This document shows, in pieces, positions 1 to 9,679 of a stretch of 64,000 bases of DNA (positions are counted from its first letter, which is position 1; every line of letters starts with the position of its first letter). The stretch comes from an uncultured Verrucomicrobia subdivision 3 bacterium. Lineage in GTDB: Bacteria > Verrucomicrobiota > Verrucomicrobiia > Limisphaerales > UBA11358. The position numbers were made by a program, and so were the translations under genes. The stretch covers positions 6,196 through 70,195 of the forward strand of contig CAISYZ010000257.1 of NCBI GenBank assembly GCA_903889895.1, read 5' to 3'. Under the pieces are notes generated by a model. It was given only the letters and a program-made list of their open reading frames with translations. It was not told the DNA's origin and ran no database searches.

Positions 1-14
1 TTGCACCATATACT

Positions 15-425
15 ATGAAAATAACCAACCTTATCATCGTTACTCTGGCCACCGGGTTTATGGCCGCCACCAGCGCACTGGCGCAGGATGCCAAGCTGCC
101 GCCGGCTTCGGACAAGCAAGGTGTTACTTACGCCACGGACATCAAGCCGATTTTCGACGCCTCCTGCGTGAAGTGCCACAGCGGCGACAAACCCAAGGCA
201 CACCTCAAAATGGATACGCTCGAAGGCGTGCTCAAAGGCACGAAGCACGGTAAAATTGTGACGGCCGGTGACAGTGCCAACAGCCTGATCGTGAAAGCCA
301 TCGCCCATGCGATTCCCGACCAGGATAGCTGGATGCCGCCGCAGCACAATAAAGCCGGCATCAAGGATCTTACGCCGGAACAAATCGGCCTGATTCGTGC
401 ATGGATTGACCAGGGCGCGAAATAA
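15..425 (+). CDS. Exported c-type cytochrome, planctomycete cytochrome c domain
   Basis: Signal peptide, CVKCH heme motif, 'IKPIF..SC..CH', 'MPP', 'I..IRAWIDQGAK' family pattern. Confidence 0.85.
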   Translation: MKITNLIIVTLATGFMAATSALAQDAKLPPASDKQGVTYATDIKPIFDASCVKCHSGDKPKAHLKMDTLEGVLKGTKHGKIVTAGDSANSLIVKAIAHAIPDQDSWMPPQHNKAGIKDLTPEQIGLIRAWIDQGAK

Positions 426-445
426 TTTAGGAGCTTAAAATCCGC

Positions 446-480
446 AACGGCGCAGTCGCAAAACGGCTGCGCCGTTTTTA
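446..480. terminator. Rho-independent terminator between convergent cytochrome gene and dnaG
   Basis: Stem AACGGCGCAGTCG/CGGCTGCGCCGTT followed by T run. Confidence 0.7.
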
Positions 481-2298
481 TTATATCAGCGGCGAAAGCG
501 GCGAACGTTTTTGTTGTTTGAGCCGCTGCTGCTCGTGAAGAAATTCCAGCTTCTGCGCGTCGTCGGTTTCCGGTGAACCAATCTTCTGCGTGAGCGCCGC
601 GATTAGCCGGTCAAGAAACAGGTTGCGCAACTTCAGCGTCACGTCGGCAAGCTGGATTTCAGGATTGGGCATCTGGCGTTCATCGGCCACGGCTTCGGTG
701 ACCAGGCTGCGCATCGGCGGCGACTCGATGCCGCCCAGAAATTCAGCGAGACCATGCCACGCACCAGGTTCGGTGGCGGCAAGGCGCGCATGCACAATCT
801 GCCGCACTAGCGGATGAGCCAGCCATTGCACATCCAGATGTGCCGCTGTCCATTCGGCGAGGTTGTCGTGCAGCAGCAAGGTTTTCAGCAGGTGCAATTC
901 GTGGTTTGACGGCCGGCTTGGCGCTTCCGCCTCAACTTCGCCGGCGAGCACCGAATCGTCCGGTTCGTCATCATTCCGCGCGATGGCCGCCTGTGGTTTG
1001 ACCTTGGCAAATTCCTTGCGCACCGCGTCCACTGCCACGCCGAGGCGCAGCGCGGTTTTTTGCGCGTGCGTGTCGAGCAAAACCGAGTTGCCGGTCTTGT
1101 GCAGCGCCTCGGCCATGCCGCGCAGAACCGCCAGCCGGCCTTTGTCACTCGTCGCGTCGTTCGTGGCCAGCAGCCGCTTTAAAAGGTAATCAAAAAAACC
1201 TTCCGCGTTTTCAACGAGCGCGCGAAAGGCTTCGCCACCGTTGGCTTTGATGAAGCTGTCCGGGTCATGTGGCGACGGCACGACCGCGACGCGCACGGCC
1301 AAATCCGCCGCAAGCAGGTGGTCGAGCGAACGGACAATGGCGTTTTGCCCGGCATTATCGGAATCAAAACACAGCACGACTTCATTGCAATAGCGTTTCA
1401 AAATCCGTGCGTGTTGGTCGGTAAAGGCCGTGCCTTGCGGCGCGACGATGTTTTGCACGCCGTTCGTGAAGCAGGCGATGAGGTCGAGCTGGCCTTCGCA
1501 GATGATGGCGTAGCCGGCGTCGAGAATCGCGCGCTTGGATTTGTCGAGGCCGAAGAAGATTTTGCTCTTGGTAAAAATCGGCGTCTCCGGCGAGTTGACA
1601 TATTTCGCCGTCTTCTCGTCGCCGGACAAGACGCGGCCGCTGAAGCCGACGACGCGGCCTTGTTCGTTGCAAATCGGAAACATCAGCCGTCCGCGAAAGC
1701 GGTCATAGTGACGGCCGGTTTCTTCCTTTTTGATGATGAGGCCGGCTTGTTCGACGATGGCGAGGTCAAAGTTCTTGCTCCTCGCCCAGTTCACGGTGTC
1801 GTCCCAAAGTTCCGGCGCGGCACCGATGCGAAACAGTTTTATGGCCTCGGCGCTGACGCCGCGCTTGGCGAGATAATCGCGCGCCAATTGCCCGGCGGCT
1901 TCGTTCGCAAGACAGTTTTGCCAGCGTTGTGTCAGTTGCTCGTGAATGTCTTCCAACTGGCTTTTCAAATGCCGCGATTCCTGTGCGCCGGGCGTGTTTT
2001 CAAATTCGAGCGGAATCTTCGCGCGCTCGGCCAGCCGGCGCACGGCGTCCATGAAGCCGATGTTTTCGTATTCCTTGACGAACGTAAAAACGTCGCCGCC
2101 TTTGTGGCAGCCGAAGCAGTGGAAGATTTGCTTGTGCGGATTGACGTTGAAGCTCGGCGACTTTTCCTTGTGAAACGGGCAGAGCGCGGTGAAGTTCGCG
2201 CCGGTTTTTTTCAGCGGCAGATACGAGCCGATGACATCCACGATGTCGCTGGCGGCGCGGATTTGCTCGCGGGTCGCGGGAGAAAGAAAGCCGGCCAT
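481..2298 (-). CDS. dnaG: DNA primase
   Basis: CPFH-x-EKSPSF...CFGC zinc finger, KYVNSPET, TOPRIM CEGQLD and FDSDNAG. Confidence 0.97.
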   Translation of the reverse strand: MAGFLSPATREQIRAASDIVDVIGSYLPLKKTGANFTALCPFHKEKSPSFNVNPHKQIFHCFGCHKGGDVFTFVKEYENIGFMDAVRRLAERAKIPLEFENTPGAQESRHLKSQLEDIHEQLTQRWQNCLANEAAGQLARDYLAKRGVSAEAIKLFRIGAAPELWDDTVNWARSKNFDLAIVEQAGLIIKKEETGRHYDRFRGRLMFPICNEQGRVVGFSGRVLSGDEKTAKYVNSPETPIFTKSKIFFGLDKSKRAILDAGYAIICEGQLDLIACFTNGVQNIVAPQGTAFTDQHARILKRYCNEVVLCFDSDNAGQNAIVRSLDHLLAADLAVRVAVVPSPHDPDSFIKANGGEAFRALVENAEGFFDYLLKRLLATNDATSDKGRLAVLRGMAEALHKTGNSVLLDTHAQKTALRLGVAVDAVRKEFAKVKPQAAIARNDDEPDDSVLAGEVEAEAPSRPSNHELHLLKTLLLHDNLAEWTAAHLDVQWLAHPLVRQIVHARLAATEPGAWHGLAEFLGGIESPPMRSLVTEAVADERQMPNPEIQLADVTLKLRNLFLDRLIAALTQKIGSPETDDAQKLEFLHEQQRLKQQKRSPLSPLI

Positions 2299-2301
2299 GA
2301 A

Positions 2302-3018
2302 TCAGCGCGCCGGCTGTGGCTGTTTGAGAATGATTTCCGTCTGTCCTTGGCCCAGCGGCTTGAAATCGTGGTCAGGCGCTGCCGTATTGATGAGCAGGAT
2401 CGAAAGGTTGTTCTTGAGGAACGGTCCGCACAGCGACTCCTTGAAGATGGATGTCTGTGCTTCGGATGGCGTGGGAAAGAAATTGCCGCTATAACCCTGC
2501 ATCCCACCGCCGAACCACTTGTTGTTAAAATTACGCTGCTGAATGACATCCGCCAGCGTGTAAACCGGCGCGTTGAGCAGCGCCAGCAGGAAGATCAGCA
2601 GACAGGCGTAGCGCGTGATGCCCGAGAGAATGCCGAGGTAATATTCCCCGTCGCCGAAAAGGTTGCTGCCCTCGAGCTTGGCCTTCGCGCCGCGCTTGAA
2701 TGTCGAAAACACTATCAATGTCACCACCGTGATGAGCAGGTAGCCGGCGACGTAGGACACCGTTATCTCCTGAAAATTCTTGCCGAACAAATCCTTCGTG
2801 ATGCCCTGCCGGATGAGCAGGTCCCCGAGCGGCCGGTAGCCGAAGGCGCCGCCGATGACTGTCACCAGCCATTGCACCAGTGGCAGGAACTCCTTGGTCA
2901 TGCCGTTTTTGCGGCCGCGCCAAAAGCCGAAGAGCACGATGCCGATGAGCGCCACATCGAACCAGTTGAACAAAAGGTTGCTCGAGGTGTGAACTTGGGT
3001 GGCGGCCGCAATCATCAT
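2302..3018 (-). CDS. CvpA (colicin V production) family membrane protein
   Basis: 'NWFD.......G.W.G.KNG..KE' N-terminus and 4 TM segments; start moved to ATG 3018. Confidence 0.75.
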   Translation of the reverse strand: MMIAAATQVHTSSNLLFNWFDVALIGIVLFGFWRGRKNGMTKEFLPLVQWLVTVIGGAFGYRPLGDLLIRQGITKDLFGKNFQEITVSYVAGYLLITVVTLIVFSTFKRGAKAKLEGSNLFGDGEYYLGILSGITRYACLLIFLLALLNAPVYTLADVIQQRNFNNKWFGGGMQGYSGNFFPTPSEAQTSIFKESLCGPFLKNNLSILLINTAAPDHDFKPLGQGQTEIILKQPQPAR

Positions 3019-3105
3019 TCCATCATTAAACCGTCCGCCGCCAAACGCCAGCGAAATCTTGAACGGAGATAAAACGGTTGCCGGCACTGGCGGCGGAAAA
3101 GCCGG

Positions 3106-4830
3106 TTATTCCGGATTCGCCGCCAGCCAGAAGCGGATGTCCGCCGCCTGCGCGTTCTTGGGATCCAGTTCCAGCACCTTCTGGTAATGCCGCCGCGCCA
3201 GCGTCGGGTCGTGCAGTTGCTGCGCGCAGAGATTCGCCAACGCCAGATGCGCCCGCACCTCGGCGGGATTCGCCGCGAGGATTTTCTTCAGCTCATCCGC
3301 CGCGTCCGGCACAAAGCCGGAAGCCTTGAGCGCCAGCGCAAAGTTGTAACGCGCATCCACGGAATCCGGCTGGAGCGCCAGCGCCGTCTCGTAATTCACC
3401 AGCGCCGCGGAATAATTCCGCAGGCGGTGCGCGATGACGCCCGCGTTGTATTGCGCCTCGAACCACGCCGGATCCAGCTCCGCCGCCTGCCGGTAAGCCG
3501 CGAGCGCCGCGTCCCAATTCTCATTTTGCTCCGCCAGCCGCGCCTGTGTGAATGCGCCGCCCGCCGCGCGCCGGTCGCCCGCCGCCGGCCGTCGCGGCGA
3601 GAGATAATTATAGCGCGGAAAATCCACCGGCGCGGGCGGGATGATGACCACCGGTTGCGCGGGCTTGACCGTATTCCCGGGCAGCGGCGTGATCGGCTCC
3701 GGTGCGGGTTCCGGCCGGCTGTAGGCGAAAACGCGATGCCAGAAGCTGGGTTTCTCCGCCGCTGGCGGCACGGGAATTTCCACCGCCGGCTGTGGTGCGG
3801 GCGACGTGGCCACCGGCGTGGTGACAATCCGCTGCTCCGGTGCGACCTGAACGGTCTGCGTGGGAAGCGGATTCACCGCGCCCGTGGAACGCTGCGCTTG
3901 CGAACCATGTGTGCCGTTCGCCGTCACGGCGAGATTCGTCGGCACATGATACGCAGTGGCCGGCCGCGGGCTGGCAACGGGATAAGTTTTCGTCGTCGGC
4001 TTCGGCTCGGTGATGGCGAAGGGTGCCGGCGGCGGATTGGGGCGCGTCACCGGCTCTTGCGCGGGCGCGGGTGTCGCCGTGGCGCGGCTTTGCTCCAGCG
4101 CGTTGGCAAGGGCGTTCACGTCGTCATAATTCGCCGGCCTGGGCGTGAGCGAAAGATAGGCGCGGTAATTTTCCAGCGCGGTCTTGTTGTCGCGGAGATA
4201 CTGCTGGCTCACCGTGGCGAGGTTCAAGATGGCGGCGGCATAATCCGGCTTGGCCTGCACGGCGGCGGCGAAGAACTGCGCGGCGTCGCGGGGTTTGCCG
4301 CGCTGGATGCGGGCGAGACCGAGGCCGTTATAGGCTTCCGGCTCGCTGGTCTTGAGCGAAAGCACCGCGCTGAAGCTGCGTTCCGCCGGGACGATTTCAC
4401 CAAGCTTCAACTGCGCGGCGCCAAGCTTGAGCCAGCCCGCCGCCTCGTTGGGCCGGCGCAGCGTGTAGGCGGTGAACTCAGCCTTGGCCTCCTCGGCGCG
4501 GTTCTGTTCCAGCAGTAACGTGCCGAGATTCAAGCGTGCTTCCAGCAGGTCGCGATCCAGTTCCAGCGCGCGCTGGTAGGCGTTGATGGCGTCGTCCGGC
4601 TGGCCGGCGCGGTGCAGCGCCACACCGTAATAATTCCAGGCGGCGGCGTTGGTGGCGAGCAGCGCGGTGGCGGTCTTGAACTGCGCGGCGGCCTCGGTGT
4701 AATCGCCGTGGTCGAGATATTTTTTGCCCTTGAGCAGCGCGCGCGGTCCGGCTGGCGTGCAGCCGGCGGCGGCGAGGAGCAGCGCAAAAAATAAAACTGC
4801 GCTTCGAACTGAAATTATTTTTGCAGACAT
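3106..4830 (-). CDS. TPR-repeat lipoprotein with Pro-rich central linker
   Basis: Lipobox-like AAGC, two clusters of TPR repeats. Confidence 0.85.
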   Translation of the reverse strand: MSAKIISVRSAVLFFALLLAAAGCTPAGPRALLKGKKYLDHGDYTEAAAQFKTATALLATNAAAWNYYGVALHRAGQPDDAINAYQRALELDRDLLEARLNLGTLLLEQNRAEEAKAEFTAYTLRRPNEAAGWLKLGAAQLKLGEIVPAERSFSAVLSLKTSEPEAYNGLGLARIQRGKPRDAAQFFAAAVQAKPDYAAAILNLATVSQQYLRDNKTALENYRAYLSLTPRPANYDDVNALANALEQSRATATPAPAQEPVTRPNPPPAPFAITEPKPTTKTYPVASPRPATAYHVPTNLAVTANGTHGSQAQRSTGAVNPLPTQTVQVAPEQRIVTTPVATSPAPQPAVEIPVPPAAEKPSFWHRVFAYSRPEPAPEPITPLPGNTVKPAQPVVIIPPAPVDFPRYNYLSPRRPAAGDRRAAGGAFTQARLAEQNENWDAALAAYRQAAELDPAWFEAQYNAGVIAHRLRNYSAALVNYETALALQPDSVDARYNFALALKASGFVPDAADELKKILAANPAEVRAHLALANLCAQQLHDPTLARRHYQKVLELDPKNAQAADIRFWLAANPE

Positions 4831-4860
4831 CCGCCGTGGTGGTAACATCCGCGCCTTAAA

Positions 4861-5907
4861 GTGTCAAGAAACGCAAAGCTCCAACTTCTCCTGCTCGCGC
4901 TGGCGGGCGGGCTGCGTCTGGCGGTCGCGGCGGAGGTTTTTCCGCTGCACGCCACGAATGCCACCGCCCGCGTCGTCGAGGTGGACGGCCGCGGCCTGCA
5001 ATCTGCCTTTCTTGCGGACGACGCCCGCGTGGCCGCCGCGTTTGACCGCGGGCTGCTCGCGCTGACCCGCACCGCCAGTCCAACCGACGCGTGGCGCAGT
5101 CTTGTGCTGACGAACGACGTCGTCGGCATCAAGGTGTTTTCCCAGCCCGGCCAGTTGTCCGGCACGCGGCCCGCCGTGGTCGCGGCCATCGCGCGCGGGC
5201 TGCTCGCCGCCGGTTTGCCATCGGACAAAATTATTATTTGGGACAAGCACGCGGACGACTTGCGCGCGGCGGGGTTTTTCAAATTGGGCCAACAGCTCGG
5301 CGTGCGCGTCGCCGGTGCAGTGGAGGCGGGTTACGACACGAACACGTTTTACCTGCCGGAATCGCCGGTCGTCGGCTCACTCGTGTGGGGCGATTTTGAA
5401 TTTGGCAAGAAGGGCGACGGCGTCGGCAAGAAATCTTTTGTCTCCAATCTCGTCAGCCGGCGATTGACGAAAATTATTTCCGTTGTGCCGCTCATCAATG
5501 AAAACGACGCCGGCCTGTGCGGGCATTTCTTCAGCCTCGCGCTCGGCAGCGTGGACAATACGCGGCGTTTCGAGGGCGACGCCGACCGGCTCGCCATGGC
5601 GCTGCCGGAAATTTATGCGCTCCCCAGCGTGGGCGACCGCGTGGTGCTGCACGTCACCGACGCGCTGCTCGGCCAGTATCAGGGCGGGCCGGCCAGCTTC
5701 CTGGAATATTCCGCCGTGCTCGACCAGCTCTGGCTCAGCCATGATCCCGTGGCACTCGACACGCTGGCGCTCAAGCAACTCGCGGCGGAGCGAAAGACTT
5801 TTGACATCCCGCCGCCGAAATTAAATTACCAGATTTACACCAACGCCGTGCTGCTCCAGCTCGGCCTTAACGACCCGGCGCGCATCCAGATTGAAAAAGT
5901 GAAGTGA
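4861..5907 (+). CDS. DUF362 family exported protein
   Basis: Signal peptide, 'DVVGIKV', 'IIIWD', 'DPVALD' motifs typical of DUF362. Confidence 0.7.
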   Translation: MSRNAKLQLLLLALAGGLRLAVAAEVFPLHATNATARVVEVDGRGLQSAFLADDARVAAAFDRGLLALTRTASPTDAWRSLVLTNDVVGIKVFSQPGQLSGTRPAVVAAIARGLLAAGLPSDKIIIWDKHADDLRAAGFFKLGQQLGVRVAGAVEAGYDTNTFYLPESPVVGSLVWGDFEFGKKGDGVGKKSFVSNLVSRRLTKIISVVPLINENDAGLCGHFFSLALGSVDNTRRFEGDADRLAMALPEIYALPSVGDRVVLHVTDALLGQYQGGPASFLEYSAVLDQLWLSHDPVALDTLALKQLAAERKTFDIPPPKLNYQIYTNAVLLQLGLNDPARIQIEKVK

Positions 5908-5910
5908 CCG

Positions 5911-7323
5911 TCACCGCGCGTTGCCGAGTTCCGCTGCCAAATCTTCCACCGTCCAATTTTTCCGCGTGAGCGAAAGTTTGTCCGCCGCTGCGCCGTGTTG
6001 CCAGACCGCGTAGCGCAACGTTTTTTCCGCATCCGCCGCCAACGCCGGTTGCGCCAGCAATCCCGCGATGAAGCCGCCGAGCAAATCGCCGCTGCCGCCC
6101 TGCGCGAGGTGCGCGTTCCCGGAGCTGTTCACGAAAATGTTTCCCTCGTCGCGGCCGATCAAAGTCTGGTGGCCTTTCAGCACCACCCAAGCGCCGCCGA
6201 ATTTTTTGGACAGCTCGCGCAGCGCCGCCACGCGGTTTGCCTGCACGTTGGCCGCCGTGGTTTTGAGCAACCGCGCCGCCTCGCCGGGATGCGGCGTGAG
6301 CACGCGTGTGAAATTTTTCTGGAACGGCTCCGCGTCCAGCACGTCCAGCGCGCTGGCATCCACCACCAGCGGATACGCCGCGCTGCGCCAAAGATAGCGC
6401 GTGAATTTTTTTAAAGGCTCAAAAACTTCCGGCGCGGCCAGCCCCGGCCCGACCAGGGCGGCAGAGGTTTTTTCCGGCAGCTTGGTTTCCGGCTTCCATT
6501 GGTTCACCATCGCCGACTGCAATTGCGCGGCGACTGGATGATAAACGTCCGGCTGCGGGAACACCGTGACCAGTCCCGGCTGCGCCCGTTGCGCGCCGCG
6601 CGCCGCCAGCACCGCCGCGCCGTGGTAGCCGAAGCTGCCGGCGACAATCGCGACGTGGCCGAAATCGCCTTTGTTGCCGGCCGCCGTGCGCGCGGGCGGA
6701 AAATGTTCAAAATCCTCCGGTTGCGTCCAGTTCAACTCCGCTTGCAGCGGGCAGGGGACAAGGCCGACTTCTTCCGTCACTTCAAGTTTGCCGACGAACG
6801 GCCACGCAGCGGGCGTGAGCAGGCCGGTTTTCGGCGCGCCGACAGTTATCGTAATGGTTGCCTCGATGGCCGCACCGAAAGTTTCGCCGGTGTCGGCGTT
6901 CAGGCCGGACGGCACATCAATCGCAAGGACGGGAATTTTGGCGGCGTTGATGGCGGCAATGATTTGCAGCCACGCCTCGGAGAGCGGACGGTTTAACCCG
7001 GTGCCGAACAGTCCGTCCACGATGAGCGCGGGCTTTTCCTTGAGCGCGGATTCGAGCGGCAGCAGGTCGGTGTCCGGCAGGAACATTTCCAGCACTTCGC
7101 CCTCGCGGCCTTCGAGTTGTTTGGCGGCGGCGCGGGCGTCGTCGCCGTTGTGGCCTTTGCCGAGGAGAAAAAGAATCATATCGCCGGCGCGGGTAAGCTT
7201 GCGGGCGCGGCGGGCAACGCGTTGGCCGACGCGGCGGATGATCTCCGCCTCGGTCTGGCCGGTGGCCCAGGTGGCGGTTTCCCACGCGCGCATCTGGGCG
7301 GTGCTGATGACGGGAATCGGCAT
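5911..7323 (-). CDS. nnr: Bifunctional NAD(P)H-hydrate epimerase/dehydratase (YjeF)
   Basis: GKGHNGDD, DGLFGTG, DVPSG, NKGDFG, TPHPGEAARL, GGSGDLLGG. Confidence 0.93.
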   Translation of the reverse strand: MPIPVISTAQMRAWETATWATGQTEAEIIRRVGQRVARRARKLTRAGDMILFLLGKGHNGDDARAAAKQLEGREGEVLEMFLPDTDLLPLESALKEKPALIVDGLFGTGLNRPLSEAWLQIIAAINAAKIPVLAIDVPSGLNADTGETFGAAIEATITITVGAPKTGLLTPAAWPFVGKLEVTEEVGLVPCPLQAELNWTQPEDFEHFPPARTAAGNKGDFGHVAIVAGSFGYHGAAVLAARGAQRAQPGLVTVFPQPDVYHPVAAQLQSAMVNQWKPETKLPEKTSAALVGPGLAAPEVFEPLKKFTRYLWRSAAYPLVVDASALDVLDAEPFQKNFTRVLTPHPGEAARLLKTTAANVQANRVAALRELSKKFGGAWVVLKGHQTLIGRDEGNIFVNSSGNAHLAQGGSGDLLGGFIAGLLAQPALAADAEKTLRYAVWQHGAAADKLSLTRKNWTVEDLAAELGNAR

Positions 7324-7559
7324 GGCGGCAGCATAAACTTTTTGCCGGCGCGCAAAAAGGGGAAATGTATTACCTCCGTGGTGGCGGCAAAAAAGGTTTA
7401 AAAATTCGCTCGAAACGGGGAGTCATGGCTGGACCTTTTTGGAAATATCTTTTTGGAATCGGAATGAAGGCTTCGGGACAAATATCCATCCGGGCACCGC
7501 AAACCAGCGGCGGGGCCGCCATTTTTTATAGAGGCTTTTCCCGTGGGGCCGTCGTCCGT

Positions 7560-7780
7560 CCCCAATTGTCGGACCATTTTCCCCAATTACGAAGCACCGC
7601 CCCCAATTTACCAACGGTCGTCCCCATTTTTTGGATGGCTCCCCCCAATTCCCCGAAGGCTCCCCCCATTTGCCGGGGCACCGCCCCCAATTTTTTAGCC
7701 TCTCCCCCCAATTTTCGGAGGGTTCCCCCCAATTTCCCGACGACCTCCCCCAATTTTTTTACCGCCACTCCGGTTTTTAA
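7560..7780. repeat. Degenerate 21-bp-period tandem array 1, core CCCC(C)AATT plus ~12 variable nt, ~10 units
   Basis: First A after the C-run at 7564, 7585, 7605, 7626, 7647, 7668, 7689, 7710, 7731, 7752. Confidence 0.9.
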
Positions 7781-7836
7781 CAGCCTGTTTACCAGCCAGT
7801 TGCGTATGATTTGTCGGTTTTTAACCCCCTTGAACC

Positions 7837-8697
7837 ATGCGAATCGCGTATTTCGATTCCGGCGATCCGGAAATGCACTTCGACAATCCGAACTTAATTT
7901 GGTCCGACCCATCGTATCTGCGTGAGCCGGGCGATCCCGGTTACATACCACCCTCTCCACCACCGACCCCAACCACTAAACATAAAATGAAAACTCCGCA
8001 CTGCCCCGTCCCTGTCATCATCCACAACGGCAACCTCATCGTCGCCGCCGCGAACAAATATCCCAAGGTCGCTGCCCGGATGCCCGCCAACTATCTCGCC
8101 GAGACGACCACAGCCCTCGGCAAACTGCCCACCGACATCACCGGCCAGAAAATTGCCCAAGGCGAGACCGGCAACCTCACTGCCGCGCAACAAGCCAACC
8201 TCGATTCGCTGCTGCATTGCATGAGCCAGGCCCGCAAGACTGCCAAACTCGCCTTTCCCGGCCAGACCGTGAAGTTGCATCAGGAATTTCAAATCGGCAC
8301 CCACGATTCACACGAGCTGAATGCCGTGTTGAGCCGCGCCGACATCATTCTGGCCTCCGTGCAAACCACGGCGAACCTACCCGCGCTGAAACTCAAAGGC
8401 TGGACCGATGCCGAAACGCAAACCTTCACCACCGTGCGCGGCACGTTTCCCGCCAGCACCACCACGCAGCAATCCGGCCAGAGCGACGCCAAAAAGGCGA
8501 CCGCCACGAAAGCCGCCGATGCCGCCGATGCCTACGAACATCTGTTGACCATCCAAAACGCCGCCGACTTGGAATTTCCCGCCACGAACGCGGCCAACGC
8601 CCCGATCCGCGCCGAATTCCGGCTGGGCATATTCCCGCCCGATCACCACACCCCGCCCGAACCGCCAACGCCGGCGCCCGTGACTGCGAAGCCGTGA
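7837..8697 (+). CDS. Hypothetical protein: 50-aa leader plus two helical repeats; array-1-associated
   Basis: Plausible codon usage, Pro-rich linker and tail, internal Met at 7987; no recognised family. Confidence 0.8.
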   Translation: MRIAYFDSGDPEMHFDNPNLIWSDPSYLREPGDPGYIPPSPPPTPTTKHKMKTPHCPVPVIIHNGNLIVAAANKYPKVAARMPANYLAETTTALGKLPTDITGQKIAQGETGNLTAAQQANLDSLLHCMSQARKTAKLAFPGQTVKLHQEFQIGTHDSHELNAVLSRADIILASVQTTANLPALKLKGWTDAETQTFTTVRGTFPASTTTQQSGQSDAKKATATKAADAADAYEHLLTIQNAADLEFPATNAANAPIRAEFRLGIFPPDHHTPPEPPTPAPVTAKP

Positions 8698-8920
8698 GGT
8701 TTATTCCAAGATAGTCAGTTGAGTATTTGTGCGGCGTGAAGGCCGCGCCGCGACTGCTTTCGTGATAATAGCCCAGCCATTGCTGGCTGGGAAAATATGC
8801 CATCGAACTTCCAAGTCCTGTCATGGATGGTAGACAATTTTCTTTCGTCCCTAATTGGACTGGGGTGCTGCTACGTGAGAGAGCTGGACAGAAATCACCA
8901 GGGGGAATATGGTTGGAAGC

Positions 8921-9577
8921 ATGAAACGAATGGGGCACCAAGTCCGTGTTTTGTTTTTTTTCCTATTTGGGCTGGTTCCGGTGGGTTGGGCGCAAATAGC
9001 TGAGATTTCCCCGTTTCATATTCTGCCCGAGGACGTGGTTCCCGACAGCGTCCGTCTGGTTCGTTTTAACACCAATTTTTTTGCCGTCCGGTGGACTTAT
9101 ACGGAAGCCGGCGCGCAAAAGTTTCTGGCGTTCAATGAAGCCCACGCCGGGCAGCGGGCGTGCACGGTGGTGGGGGATTATGAGACGCGGCCGTTCGAGG
9201 TCCGGTTCACGCCCATGCCCGAGTTCACCAACTATGCCGCCTGGAAGGCGGGCTGGCTCCGGCATCCGACCGACAAATTTTTCGGGCTGAACGAAACCGA
9301 AGTCACGGCTATCGCCGCCGCTCTGAGGTATGGCGATCCAAAATTCAGGTGTCTTTCAATCACCAATCCAGCCGCCGCGCCCATCAAGGGAATCCTGACG
9401 GATCCTAATTTTCGGATGGTGATTCACGCGCTGGAGCAAAGAAGCGGTTATGAAAATTTGGCGGAGCCGGAAGTAACCACGAGTTCCGGGCGGGGGCAAA
9501 ATTCCATCCGCATCCAAAATCTGGACTGGAATGTTATCGCCCCTATTACCAACCCGCCGCCCGCATTGGCTAAATAG
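8921..9577 (+). CDS. Exported hypothetical protein (SecDF-head-like N-part, secretin-like C-terminal fragment)
   Basis: Signal peptide; 'TEAGAQKF..F...HAGQ'; 'GILTDPNFRMVIHALEQRSG...AEPEVTTSSGR'. Confidence 0.6.
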   Translation: MKRMGHQVRVLFFFLFGLVPVGWAQIAEISPFHILPEDVVPDSVRLVRFNTNFFAVRWTYTEAGAQKFLAFNEAHAGQRACTVVGDYETRPFEVRFTPMPEFTNYAAWKAGWLRHPTDKFFGLNETEVTAIAAALRYGDPKFRCLSITNPAAAPIKGILTDPNFRMVIHALEQRSGYENLAEPEVTTSSGRGQNSIRIQNLDWNVIAPITNPPPALAK

Positions 9578-9596
9578 CTTGCCGCCGCAGGCGTGC

Positions 9597-9634
9597 TTCA
9601 CTGTTCCGTCACCCAATCGTCACACGGTTGTCAC
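9597..9634 (+). promoter_or_regulatory. Pho-box-like direct repeats upstream of phoB
   Basis: TTCAC/GTCAC/GTCAC/GTCAC at 9597, 9608, 9619, 9630 (11-bp spacing). Confidence 0.75.
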
Positions 9635-9679
9635 CGGATTGAAATTGTGTGACGAATTGCGGCGTGTCACACTGGCAGC

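Noticed and set aside
1267..3072. 601-aa + strand ORF
   Set aside because: Antisense shadow of dnaG/cvpA caused by high-GC codon bias; no recognisable motifs.
7365..7972. Heptad-repeat ORFs over array 1 (likewise 25639-26186 and 34226-34576)
   Set aside because: Not called as CDS: a 21-bp period keeps frames open on both strands almost automatically, and starts/RBS are unconvincing. Kept only as an alternative hypothesis.
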